A DNA stretch of 64,000 nucleotides from Chiloscyllium plagiosum (Eukaryota): assembly GCF_004010195.1 (NCBI RefSeq), contig NC_057718.1, positions 36,130,501-36,194,500 on the forward strand. Direction: 5' to 3'. How positions within the stretch are numbered: position 1 is the first letter of the stretch; each line of letters begins with the position of its first letter. The position numbers and the translations under genes were made by a program. Below are positions 25,720 through 38,400 of this stretch, one piece after another. The notes beneath the pieces are model-generated. The model searched no databases, had not been told where the DNA came from, and saw nothing but the letters and a program-made list of their open reading frames with translations.

Positions 25720-27310
25720 ACCTGCAGAGTCATTATGGTGCAGAAGGAGACCATTGTGCCCCTCGTGCTTGCAATGGCCCTTCAAACAAACAACATAACT
25801 GAGTGCATGTGTCCTGCTTCTACTCCACCATGTTTCACACTATTTCAATCCTAATAATCCATCCACGTCCTCTTGAATGCTTCAGTTGAACCTAGCTCCA
25901 CCACACCTTCAGGCAGTGCATTCCACACCACATTTACTTGCTAAGTGAAAATGTTTCATCTCACATCACCCTTTCTTCATTTGCGCATCACTTTAAATCT
26001 CTGCCCTCTTGTTCTTTTCTCTTTTATGAGTAGAAACAGCTTCTCCCCATCTACCCTATCCAGCCTGCTCATGATTTTGAAAATTTCTATCAAATCTCTG
26101 CTCTCCAAGGAGAACGGTCCCAACTTCTTCAATCTATCCTTATAACTGAAGTTTCCAATTCCTGGGATCTTTCTTGTAAATCACTTCTGCACTCTCTCCA
26201 GTGAGTTCCCATCTTTCCTATAATGTCGTGCTCCAGCCAAGATCTAACAAGTGTTTTATACAATTTCAGCATCACCACCTTGCTCTCATACTGTATGACC
26301 CCATTAATAAAGCCAAGCACACTGTATGCTTTATTAATTGCCCTCTCCATCTATCCTGCCACCTGCAATGTTCTGTACACATAGATACCCAGGTTCCTCT
26401 GCTCCTCCTTTAGAATTGTATTCCTTATTTTATATTGTCTTTCCACGTTCTTCCTACTAAAGTGCACCATCTCACTGTTCCGTGCGCTCAACCTCATGGG
26501 CGGCACAGTGGTTAGTCAGGGACCCAGGTTCGATTCCAGCCTCAGGTGACTGTCTACATGAAGGTTACACATTCTCCCAGTGTCTGCATGGGTTTGCTCC
26601 GGTTTCCTCCTACAATCCAAAAATGTGCAGGTCATGTGAATTGGCCATGCTAAATTGCTCATAATGTCAGGTGCATTAGTCAGAGGGAAATGAGTCTGGG
26701 TGGGTTACACTTCGGAGGGTCAGTGTGGATTTGTTGGGCCAAAGGGCCTGTTTCCACACTGCAGGGAATCTAATCATCTATCACCTATCTGCTTTCTCTG
26801 TTAACTTGACAATGTCCTTTGGATTTCCACATCATCCTCCCAACAGTACACAATTCTTCCAAGTTAGGTGTCACCTGCAAACTTGAAGTTGTCCACTTCA
26901 CACCAAGAACAAAATCATTAATACACATCAGGAAAAACAACTCAGTACCAACCCCTGAGGACTCTGCAACAATTCTTCCTCCAGCTGCCCATTACTCTCT
27001 GTTTCCTAGCATGCAGCTAACTTTGAATCCACATTGCTCCTGTCCCTTTTATTCCATTACGTATAGCTTGATGTGTGGCACTATATCAAATGCCTTCTGA
27101 AAATCCATGTACAGATCAATAATGTCACCCTCATCAAGCCTCTCTGTAACTTCTTCAAAAAACCCAGCAACTTGGTTAAACATCATTTCCACTTTAGAAA
27201 ACCATGTTGCCTCTTCCAAATCAAACCACCTTTTCCCATGTGACCACTAATTCTGTCTGAAATAATTATTTCCAGAAGCTTCCCCACCACCCAAGTTGAA
27301 CTGACTGTCT
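25720..27310 (-). mobile_element. Old CR1 LINE fragment split by HE1
   Basis: AINKAYSVLGFINGVIQYESKVVMLKLYKTLVR; aaggcatttgatatagtgccacac (AFD.VPH). Confidence 0.85.
26498..26775 (+). mobile_element. HE1-type V-SINE
   Basis: gggcggcacagtgg head, ggttcgattcc B-box, V-domain, tail. Confidence 0.9.
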
Positions 27311-27719
27311 TGTCAGAGGTGTAGTCTTGCTGGGGTTAATATTTAGGTGGTTTGGGGAGTGGGGAGGGGGTATTTGGGTGTTGTCAGGGATTGGTGGGTT
27401 GAGTTCAGTTGTGGAGTTCCTAGGTTTCAAAGTGTCTAATAGGACCTGGAAAAGCAGGAAGGTAAATTGTGAGAAATTGTCCCAAGTCTCTGATTCTAGC
27501 TTAGAATTGAACACATTCAAGAGGTATACTGAGCAGCAAGGTAATCATGCATTAGAAGTTCGAGCTTCCCAAACAATTCATAATTGAGTCTGTGTAGGTT
27601 CCTGGTACACATCTTCTGTCATACTTCATGTCTCCAGTGATCCAGAGACTGGAAGATTTGGGCTAAGGACCTTTCTTCATTATGGTTCAGTCCTGGGGAC
27701 AGTTGAGGGCCACAAGGTC

Positions 27720-30700
27720 ACCAGGGAGCAGCGAAGCCTGTCGGGATACGTGAGTATACAGTATAAATTACTTACTTTTAGCTTGAGCATTGATCAGTTC
27801 CTGGAGGCAGTTGGAGAGGTCACAAGGTTACATATCTGGAGGTTGCTTTACCCAAAACACTACTTGGCTAGTGTCTCGCACCCATCCTCCTCCTCTAACC
27901 AAATAAAAGTTCTGTGCATCAGTTGGTAAGGTGACAAGTGTTTTCTTTCGTGTTTCATTTTTTCAACTGTCCAATTGGGAATTTAGAAAGTGGGAATGGA
28001 GGTTAGGGTAGTTGAATGTTCCTCCTGCAGTATGTGGAGATAAGGGTCACCACTAGTGTGCCTGCTGACTTCATTTGTGGGAGGTGCACCCAACTGCAGC
28101 TCCTCAAGAACCATGTTAGGGAACTGGAGCTGGAGCTGGATGAACTTTGGATCATTCTGGAGGCAGAGGGGCTTATTGAGAACAGTTACAGGGAGACAGT
28201 TACTCCACAGCCACATGAAGAAGGTCGATGGGTTACTGTCAGGGGTAGGAAAGGGAACAGGCAGGCAGTACAGGGATCTCCTGTGGTAGTTCCCCTCAAC
28301 AACAAGTATACTTTGAATACTGTTTTGGATACTGTTGAGGGGGACAACTTACCAGAGGTAAGCAATGGGTCACATGTCTCTGGCACAGAATTTATACCTG
28401 TTGCTCAGAGGGTAAGGGGTTAGAGGAGCAGAGCTTTAGTCATTGGGGACTCCATAGTCAGGGGGGTGTGGATAGGAGGTTTTGTGGGAACAAGAGAGAC
28501 TCGCGATTGGTGTGTTGCCTCCCAGGTGCCAGGGTTCATGTTGTCTCTGATTGTGTTTTTGGGATCCTTGAAGGGGAGGGGGAGGGGGAGCAGCCCCAAG
28601 TCATGGCCCACATAGGCACCAACGACATAGGTAGGAAGAAAGGTGGGGTTCAAAGATAGAAATTCAGGGACCTAGGATGGAAGCTTAGAGCTAGAACAAA
28701 CAGAGTTGTTATCTCTGGTTTGTTGCCCGTGCCACGTGCTAGTGAAGCGAGGAACAGAGAGAGAGCAGAGCTGAACATGTGGCTGCAGGGATGGTGCAAG
28801 GAAAGAAGGCTTNNNNNNNNNNACTAATGCAGCGGGGAATGGGAACTTGAATTGTAGCTCCAGTGTACTGGAGGTTGAGGGTAGTGAGGTCAGGGATAGG
28901 TTTACAAGGTCACGTGCGGGCACCAGCAATCAGGATGTTGGTTTGAAATGTTTGTACTTCAATGCCAGGAGCATCTGAAATAAGGTGGATAAACTTGAAG
29001 CATGGGTTGGTACCTGGGATTTTGATGTTGTGGCCATGGTTAGAGGAGGGACAGGAATGGTTGTTGCAGATTCCAGGATTGAGATGTTTCAGTCAGAACA
29101 GAGAAGATGGTAAAAGAAGGAGGGAGAGTGGCATTGTTAATCAAGGGTAGTATTACAGCAGCTGAGATAACATTTGAGGACTCATACACTGAGGTAGATT
29201 GGGCTGAGGTTAGAAACAGGAAAGGACAGGTCACCTAGTTTTCTATAGGCCTCCGAATAGTTCGGAGGAATGTAGAGGAAAGGATAGCAAAGATGATTCT
29301 CGATAGGAACTAGAGTAACAGGGAAGTTGCTATGGGATCTTTAACTTCCTCGATATTGATTGGGAATACTACAGTTCAAGTAGTTTAGATGGGTCACTTT
29401 TTGTTCAATGTATGCAGGAGGGTTTTCTGACACAGTATGTAGATAGCCAACAAGGGGCGATGCCATATTGGATTTGGTACTGGAGAATGAACACAACCAG
29501 GTGTTAGATTTGGAGGTAGGTGAGCACTTTGGTGATAGTGATCACAATTTGGTTATGTTTACAATAGCAATGGGCAGGGATAGGTACATACCGGAGGGAA
29601 AGAGGTATAACTGGGGGAAAGGGAATTATGATGCGATTAGGCAAGATTCAGGATGCATAGGGTGGGGAAGGAAACTGCAGGGATGGACACACTTGAAATG
29701 TGGAGCTTATTCAAGGAACAGCTACTGCAGGTCCTTGCTAAGTATATATTATCAGGCAGGGAGATTGTTGTCAAGAGAGGGAGCCATGGTTTACTAAAGA
29801 AGTTGAAGCTCTTGCCAAGAGAAAGAAGAAGACTTATGTGAGGTGAGGTGTGACGGCTCGGTTAGGGGGCTTGAGAATTCTAAGTTAGCCAGAAAAGATC
29901 TAAAGAGAGGGATAAGAAGAGCCAGGAGAGGACATGAGAAGTTGTTGGCGGATAGGATCAAGGAAAACCTTCTATAGGTATATCAAGAATAAAAGAATGA
30001 CCAGAGTAAGATTAGGGCCAATCAAAGATAGTAGTGGGAAATTGTGTGCGGAATCTGATGACATGGGGAAGCGCTAAATGGACACGTTTTGTCAGTACTC
30101 ACACTGGAAAAGGGCAATGTTAGTGAGAAAACGGAGATACAGGCTGCTAGATTAGATGGGATTGAAGTTGACAAAAGGGAAGTTTTAGCAATTTTGGAAG
30201 ATCTGAAAAAGGATAAGATCCCTGGGCCGAATGGGATTTATCCTCGGATTCTTTGGGAAGCCATGGAGGAGCTTGGAGAGCTTTTGGCTTTGATCGTCAT
30301 GTCACTGTTGACAGGAATAGTGCCAGAAGACTGGAGACTAGCAAATGTTGTTCCTTTGTTTAAGAAGAAGGTGAGTCAGGACAACTCTGGTAATTATAGG
30401 CCAGTGAGCATAACTTCAGTTGTAAGTAAGGTGTTGGAAAATGTTATAAGAGATAGGATTTATAATCACCTTAAAAGAATAACTTGATTAGGGATAGTCA
30501 ACACGGTTTTTGTGAAGGCTAGATTGTGCCCAACTAACCTTATTGAGCTCTTCGTGAAGGTGACCAAAGAGGTGGATGAAGTTAAAGTGGTTGATGTGGT
30601 GTATATGGACTTCAGTAAGGCATTTGATAAAGGTTCCACAAGGTAGTCTATTGCACAAAATACAGAGTTCTGAGATTGAAGGTGATTTAGCGGTTTGGAT

Positions 30701-31737
30701 CAGAAATTGGTCAGCTGAAAGTGGTTGGTGGGAAATGTTCATCCTGGAGCTCAGTTACCCAGTGGTGTGCTGCAAGGATCTGTTTGGGGCCATTGTTGTT
30801 TGTCAATTTTATAAATAATCTGGATGTGGGCATAGAAGGATGGGTTAGCAAATGTGAGGATGACACTGAGGTAGGCAGAGTTGTGGATATTGCCGAAGGA
30901 TGTTGTGGATTACAGAGGGACACAGATAAGTTGCAGAGCTGGGTTGTGAAGTGGAAAATGGAGTTTAATGCAGAAAAGTGTGATGTAATTCACTTAGGAA
31001 GAATTAACAGGAATGCAGAGTACTGGGCTAATGGTAAAATTCTTATCAGTGTAGATGAGCTGAGATATCTTGGTGTCCAGGAGCATAAATCCCTGAAAGT
31101 TGTTTTCCAGGTTGATAGGGTTGTTAAGAAGGCATATGGTGTGTTGGTGTTTTTTGGTAGGGGGATTGAGTTTGGGAACCACAAAGTCATGCTTCAGCTA
31201 TACAAGACACCTGGAGTATTACGTGGTTCTGGTCACCGCATTTTGGGAGGATGTGGAAGCTTTGGAAAGGATTCAGAGGAGATTTACGAGGATGGTGCCT
31301 GTTATGGAAGGAAGGTCTTATGAGGAAAGGCTGAGGCAACGGAGGCTGTTTTTGTTGGAGAGAAGAAGGTTGAGAGGTGACTTAATCGTGACATAAGATA
31401 ATCAGAGGGTTAGATAGGGAGGACAGTGAGAGCTTTTTTCCTTGAATGGTGAAGGCTAGCATGAGGGGACATAGCTTTAAATTGAGAGGCAATAGATATA
31501 GGACAGATATTGAGGTAGTTTCTTTACTCAAAGAGTAGTAGGAGCATGGAATGGCCTGCATGCAGCAATAGTAGACTCGCCAATGTTAAGGGCATTAAAA
31601 TGGTCATTGGAAAAACATATGGACAATAATGGAAGTTAGATGGGCTTCAGATTAATTTCACAGGTCGGTGCAACATCAAGGGCCAAAGGGCCTGTACTGC
31701 GCTGTAACGTTCTATGTTCTATGTTCTATGTTCTATA
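27720..31737 (+). mobile_element. Near-full-length decayed CR1 LINE: ORF1 (zinc finger, leucine zipper, SGNH esterase) and ORF2 (APE, RT)
   Basis: ATG at 27996, VECSSCSMW/FICGRCTQL, ALVIGDSIV, HIGTNDIG; ORF2 SDHNLV, NYRPVSITS, KCEDDTEV (catalytic motif decayed); (TTCTATG)n tail; 5' end approximate. Confidence 0.93.
28813..28822. other. Assembly gap
   Basis: 10 N. Confidence 1.
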
Positions 31738-31764
31738 AGAATCGACAGCACGAAGGTTGCTTCA

Positions 31765-32820
31765 GAGTACGAGGAGACCTTGATCATCTGGGCCAATGGA
31801 CCAAGGAGAGGCAGATGGAACTTTCTCTTAATGTGAGGTGCTACATTTTGACAGGGCAAATCAGGGCAGGGCTGAAAACGTGTTGCTGGAAAAGCGCAGC
31901 AGGTCAGGCAGCATCCAAGGAACAGGAGAACCGACGTTTCGGGCATAAGCCCTCGTCGATTCTCCTGTTCCTTGGATGCTGCCTGACCTGCTGCGCTTTT
32001 CCAGCAACACATTTTCAGCTCTGATCTCCAGCATCTGCAGTCCTCACTTTCTCCTCATATCAGGGCAGGACATCTTCATTTAATGGTAAGGTCTTGGGGA
32101 GGGTTGCTGAACAAAGAGACCTAGGAGTGCAGGTTCATAGTTTCTTGAAAGTGGAGTTGACAGGGTAGTGAAGAAAGTATTTGGTACTCTTGCCAAAATT
32201 GGTTGGTGTATTGAGTATTAGAGTTGGGAAGCCATGGTACAGCTGTACAGGATATTGGTTGGGCCACTTTTGGAATACTGCATTCAGTTCTGGTCTCCCT
32301 GCTATAGAAAGGATGTTGTGAAATTTGAAAGGGTTCAGAAAAGATTTACAAGGATGTTGCCAGGATTGGAGGGTTTGAGCTATAGGGAGAGACTGAATAA
32401 GCTGGGAATGTTTTCCCTGGAGTGTTGGAGCCTGAGGGGTCACCTTGTAAAAGTGTATAAAATTAAGAGGGATGTGAATAGGGTGAATAGTCAAAGTCTT
32501 TACCTCAGGGTAGGGGAGTCCAAATCTAGAGGGCAGAGGTTTACGGTGAGAGAGGAAAGATTTAAAAGGGACACAAGGGGGAACTTTTTTTATGCAGAGG
32601 GTGCTGCATATATGGAATGAGCTGCCAGAGGAAGTGGTGGAGGCTGGTACAATTACAACTTAAAAGGCATCTGGATGAGTATATGAATAGGAAGGGTGCA
32701 GAGAGATATGGACCAAATGCAGACAAATGAGACCCGATTAATTTAGGATATTTAGTTGGCATGAATGAGTTGGACTGAAGGGTCTATTTCTGTGCTGTAC
32801 ATCTCTACGACTCTATGATT
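31765..32820 (+). mobile_element. CR1 3' fragment interrupted by a PLE insertion
   Basis: LYRILVGPLLEYCIQFWSP...MLPGLEGLSY; ctctatga tail. Confidence 0.9.
31871..32055. mobile_element. PLE family A fold-back insertion, 11-bp TSD
   Basis: atcagggcagg at 31860-31870 and 32059-32069; junction gggcataagccct|cgtcgattc. Confidence 0.93.
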
Positions 32821-33347
32821 CCATTTGCCTGTCTTTGGAAGTGAAAATTTGCTATAAACATGAATGAAGAGAACTTAAATACAGGTTGATTTGTTACATG
32901 CAACCCTTGCTGTACATCACTACTTCCCTTCTCTTGAGATTAAGAACTGAAAGATCTTTATCGTCTTTCTCAAATTTCCTTATGGCCTTACATTTCTGTA
33001 TCTGGGAAATCAAAACCTACATTTCCAGCATACATTCTCTATTTGCCTATCTCCAACTTACAGCTCATTTCCTGCTCAACCATTGACAACTGAAACTTCA
33101 ATTATTTCACAATGTTATTAAACAGCTTCTCCCCACATTATTCAGCTTGCCAAAGAAGATAACTTTGTTCAAAAATCTGTAAAAATGCACCTCTTGCAGT
33201 CTGCTTCCAAACCCTTATAATTTCTCTCTGCTTGTTGCTTTCAATCTTGTCATGGTTCATTCTATTTTGTGAAAAGTCTATACAAATAAGGTTGGCTAAT
33301 TTGTTCCTAATGTCTTTTTTGCACTTGGTAATGCTCACAACGGTAGG

Positions 33348-34123
33348 AGGAATGTGGAAAAGTGTGAGGTGATTCACTTTGGAAAGAGTAACAGGAATAC
33401 AGAGTTACTGGGCTACTGGCAAGATTCTTGGTAGTGTAGATGAGCAGAGAGATCTCAGTGTCCAGATACAGAGATCCTTGAAAGTTGTCCTCCAGGTTGA
33501 TAGGGTTGTTAAGAAGGCATACGGTGTGTTAGCTTTTAATGGTAAGGAGATTGAGTTTTGGAACCATGAGATCATGCTGCAGCTGTACAAAACTTTGGTG
33601 CGACCACGTTTGGAGTATTGCATACAGTTCTGGTCACCGCATTATAGGAAGGATGTGGAAACTTTGGAAAGGGTTCAGAGATTTACTAGGATGTTGCCTT
33701 ATGTGGAGGGAAGGCATCCTGAGGAAAGGCTGAGGGACTTGAGGCTGTTTTTGTTAGAGAAAGTTGAGAGGTGACTTAATTGAGACATATAAGATAATCA
33801 GAGGGTTAGATAGGGTGGACAGGGAGAACCTTTTTCCTCAGATAGCGAAGGCTAGCACAAGGGGACATAGCTTTAAATTGAGGGGTGATAGATATAGGAC
33901 AGATGTCAGAGGTAGTTTCTTTACTCAGAGTAGTAGGGGTGTGGAATGCATTGCCTGCAACAGTAGTAGACTCGTCATCCTTTAGGGCATTTAAATGGTC
34001 ATTTGATAGGCATATGGACGAGAATGGAATCGTGTAGGTTAGATGGGCTTCAGATTGGTTCCACAGGTCAGCATAATATCAAGGGCCAAATGGGCCTGTA
34101 CTGCGCTCTAATGTTCTATGTTC
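33348..34123 (+). mobile_element. CR1 3' fragment
   Basis: VDRVVKKAYGVLAF, LYKTLVRPRLEY; ttctatg tail. Confidence 0.92.
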
Positions 34124-34253
34124 ACTTATCTCTCAGCCCCCTTCAGACCCCACCACATTGCTGATGAAGAGCTTATTCTCAAAACATCAACTCTCCTGCT
34201 CCTTGGATGCTGCCTGACCGGCTGTGCTTTTCCAGCACCACACTTTTTGACTC
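34124..34253 (+). mobile_element. PLE family A terminal fragment (sense, tail-less)
   Basis: ctgatgaagagcttattctcaaaacatc...caccacactttttgactc. Confidence 0.8.
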
Positions 34254-34261
34254 AGTCTTAG

Positions 34262-35063
34262 GCTATAGTCTGATATTGATCGGCTGGTAAATTGGGCAGA
34301 GCAAAGGCAGATGCATCTTGGGACGTCCAATAAGGGAAGGTTATACACAATGAATATTAAATCTCTTTGGTGTACAGAGGAGCAAAGGGACCTTGTTTTA
34401 CATGTCTATCGGTCCCTGAAGTTGTTGGCACAGGTAGAAAGGGTGGTGAAGAAGCTGTATGGGATGCTTACCTTCATTAGCTGGCGCATAGAATATAGGA
34501 ACAAGGAAGCCTTATTGCAACTTTATTAAATATTGGTTCGGCCCGAGATGGAATATTGTGTGCAGTTCTGGTTGCCCCACTATCAGTAGTATATAACCAC
34601 ACTGGAGAAGGTGCAGAGGAAATTTATTGGGATGTTGCTTGGGAAGGAAGGCTTAAGTTATGAGGATAGGTTGGGGTTTATTTTCCTTGGAGCAGAGGGG
34701 AGATCTGATTGAGGTATACAAAATTATGAGAGACATAGACAGGGTACATCATTAAAATATGCTCCCAATGGCAGACTTGTCAAAGACCAGAAGGCTAAGA
34801 TGAGGAATAAGTGATTGAGAGGAGATCTGAGGAACTTTATTTTTTCACTCAGAGGGCGGTAGAAATATGGAACTTACTGCCCGAGAGTGTGCTGGGGGCA
34901 GATACTCTCACAAAATCTGAGTATTATTTGGATAAACACTTAAAATGCCGGGTATTGTAGGTTATGGGCCAAGTGCAGGTAAATGGCATTACAGTAGTTT
35001 GGTGTTTGATGGTCAGCATAGACACAGTGGGTCGAAGGGCCTGTTTCTACATTATATGACTCA
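34262..35063 (+). mobile_element. Old CR1 3' fragment
   Basis: QVERVVKKLYGMLTFI; gggtcgaagggcctgt tail. Confidence 0.88.
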
Positions 35064-35251
35064 ATAATAAATGTAACATTTTGTTACTTTCTTTCACTTA
35101 TGGAATGAAAATTGTCCGCAGGTGAAATCAAAAAGACATACTTTCACCATTTCTCTTATTTTGATTTTGTGGGATTACTTTTCTTCTTTCTACTAATATG
35201 TGGACAGGGTGATTGAGGATCAAGAATTTCACAAACTAAAATCATGTACTC

Positions 35252-35346
35252 GACAACAACCTGATGAAGGAGCAGCGCTCTGAAAGCTAGTGCTTCCAAA
35301 TAAACCTATTGGACTATAACCTGGTGTTGTGTGATTTTTAACTTTG
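35252..35346 (+). mobile_element. PLE-type family B terminal fragment
   Basis: Same terminus as 40105-40195 and, on the minus strand, 61456-61545; PLE assignment inferred from the hammerhead and inverted architecture, no ORF present. Confidence 0.75.
35258..35292 (+). ncRNA. Minimal hammerhead ribozyme motif (family B)
   Basis: CUGAUGA-A-GGAGC(AGC)GCUCU-GAAA-GCUA; predicted cleavage after 35289. Confidence 0.7.
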
Positions 35347-35725
35347 ATTTAGCACCTGGCCATTGTAAGCTTGAAAATTCAGAGGCAGTAAACTCATTTA
35401 ATCTGCTGGGAAGATGGTGGGGAAGGAGAAGGGGTTGAGATGCCTTTCTGCCTCCACCTCAATTGTGTTTATGTTGGGAAGACCCATGGACACCCCTTCT
35501 GTCCTCATCACCAATTGAGGCCTATAGTTGGGCAATTTAGGCCTCTATTTAATCCCTTGCCCCACCTCCAAAGTACAACAGGTGAAGAACAGAATATACT
35601 GTCCAACATTGCATTATATTCCATTGAAGTAACTGAATTTACATTTCGACAATGCTCAAGGTGGGAGTTGAACATGTGCCATTCTGTTGTTACACAAAAC
35701 TCTGGATTACTATTGTAGGAACACG

Positions 35726-36417
35726 TGTTATGACATGAGTAAACCCTCCTGCTTAATTTAAACCAGCAACACAGAAACAAATTTATCCCGTGCAGTAATC
35801 TATGAAAATCCAAGAGGCCAAGAACTATTTAAAGTAAAAATTAACAACTTTATTTCTTCAAGTATAACAGAGAATAATTAACTAACAACTATTTACAACT
35901 CCTTCCTCTAAACTATCTTTTACTTTCCCTTCTATAATACCAGTTTGATAAAACCCCTGATTAAGATTCACTGAAAAATTCAAATTTGAAAACCAGCCAG
36001 CTGTCGAATCTTCCCTTTGTAGATTTGCTGTCCAGGTCAGTGTTGATGTTTTCCTCTGTGCAAACTCCTTCCTTAGACAGGTACCTCTCAGGGAGTTCTG
36101 ACTAGCAGCTTCCATCTGTTGGTCTCATGGCAATTCTCCTTCAACAGTTCAATTTCCCCAGTCTTATACTCCAAAACATTGGATTGTTCCATTGATTTTC
36201 AATATTGTCAATATACTCAATTCAAACTTGGTTGGAGGTTGGTATAATTTAAACTGATTGGCCAAATTCAAATTTGTTTTTGTCTCCAGGCAACCAGCTA
36301 CACTAACTGCTGGATCACATGTTACATTGTATCTTGTTGAGAGCCCTTGGTGCTGTCAGGTAGTTCTGCTAGCTTTTAACTATCTTAAAGATACAGTACA
36401 CCCACATCTTCATAACA
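35726..36417 (-). mobile_element. Solo LTR (692 bp)
   Basis: Perfect 8-bp terminal inverted repeats tgttatga/tcataaca; flanks cacg/cata fit a CpG-decayed 4-bp TSD; AATAAA on the minus strand near 35850. Confidence 0.75.
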
Positions 36418-36999
36418 CATACCAGCATGCAACTGTGCCAATATCTAAATACAACATGCAGGCACTCTGTGGCCAGTTATTGTCCTACAGCGGCCTTTTC
36501 TGGGACTGCTGTCAGTCCTTTTCCACACTCAAACCTCCATGGGTCACTCCTGGGGAGATTTCAAATGGCACCCAAAGCCTGATTGAGGATCTGGCATTGC
36601 AAAAGGGTCTCACTGGGATCCACCATCTTCCCTTGCTGCTGATCCCCCTACACGTACACTCCATGCTGCTAACCCCCTCCCTCTAACACTTACGTCTATC
36701 TCAGGTCTCTGTAATCATGTGCCCCCAGTGGGTGTACTTCCAGCAGCAGCCACTGCCTCTCCTTTGGCACTGCTGAGCAAAAACATTTCCTGCCTCTGAT
36801 TGATCAGGAGCTCTTGGCAAATGGAAGATGGAACTTCCCTTCCTGGGTACCTGATTCTATGAACGTCCCTCTGGTGCCCTTTGAGCTGCCTGTTTGCACG
36901 ATAGCAGGCTTTCCCAGGAGAGACAATGTAGGTCACTCACTGGCCTTCCAGCTATTGACTGAAATCCCCTCGGTCTCCATAGAATTCCCTGACCTAGTA

Positions 37000-37740
37000 A
37001 CCATGAAACTAACAAACTGTTGTAAAAGTGTCACTTGGTTCACTATATCCTTTAAGGTTCAGGAATCTATTGTCCTTACACAATAATGAGATTGAAAATG
37101 ACCTAAAATACCAAGGAGCTGTATCAAACCATGATGGAAAATAGTAAGAATAAAACTAGACAGTACACCAAAAATCACCCAGGCACTGGACATGACAAAG
37201 GCACACATCAACTCATGACTGACATCTGGAAATTTGTGCCACAGTTGAGACAGCTATGTCAGACTGGTCATGGAACAGTCTAACATTAGCATAAACAGAG
37301 AATCCTACCTTTCAGCCAACTGTATCTCCTACTCCATCGCCATTCCCATGTTTCAGATATGGCAACACAGTGGTGTACAATTGAGAATAAGTAGCCATTT
37401 GTGTTCCTCAACTTTCAAATTTCATAATTTTAGACCAGGGAAACCTGTTGCTGACTATCACATACTTTTTCAAATGATGTCTTTGAAGACGGAGCATAAA
37501 AAGGGCACAGTATGGGTCTGAGTGGATACCTTCAATTTCCAGGTGGCTCAGTTGCACCACTATTGACTAAGTTTTGTCAAATTCTGTAAGACGTCAATGC
37601 CGGTCTGAGTCATAAGCAGGTGACTCAGATGGTGAGAGAGTCAATACTGAGAAGAAAAACCTACTTAAATTAGTCATCTGCAAGTTACCTCATTACTCTC
37701 CAGGAAGTCTTTCTCAAACTGTGCTTTAAATGAAATCACC
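37000..37740 (+). mobile_element. Highly decayed 5' part of a second CR1-like LINE family
   Basis: Shares ccatcgccatt and surrounding context with the APE fragment at 59300-60200. Confidence 0.45.
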
Positions 37741-38039
37741 ATGGCTACAGAAATGTGTACAAGATAATCATTAAACGCCTTCTTGGACGCAGACAAAAGT
37801 CACAAGCCACTGGTTCAAAATCCAAATCCTAATATAAGTCACATTAAAGTCTATATAAATCTCACAACTGACATCACAATAAGATGTTAGTGCTTCTCCA
37901 GGGAGTATGAAGCTTTAAGTTAGAAGACCTACAGTTCAGAGCTTATAATGGGCCCATAACTGTCTCCACCTCCTTCTAGGCTGAAGAAAGAAATAACAAC
38001 ACCATCAATTAGTTCTCAAGTCAGTTCATACTTGCAATA

Positions 38040-38400
38040 GGCAGGTGACTGCATGCCATCACTCCACAGGGAGCACTGAAAACAGCAGCATACAGTTTTG
38101 GGTTTGTACTGATTATAGGCTTCCTCCTGGTCGAGGATTTCCTTGACTCGGCAAATGTCACCCTGTGGACATTTGCAGATGACCCTGCTGCCTCCAGGAA
38201 TCATTACAGCTTCCAGTCCATTGATGTGCAACTGGTTTATATTCACTAACAACACATAACAGGTCTGCATCCATTTTCCTGACAGCTGTTGGAACACTTT
38301 GATCTCGTTCCAATCCTCCAGTACCCCCCACCCACACTTTGTCCTTGCATAGCAGGTGAGAGGCTGGCTGCTTGGCAGCAAGGGCTCATTTAATAACACT
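38040..38400 (+). pseudogene. Harbinger transposase relic 2
   Basis: GFLLVEDFLDSANV, SFQSIDVQLV, VCIHFPDSC, GWLLGSKG in the expected order. Confidence 0.7.

Noticed and set aside
25476..25754. Recurrent MCCWKSAAGQAAS peptide family
   Set aside because: Translation of the non-coding PLE terminal repeat.
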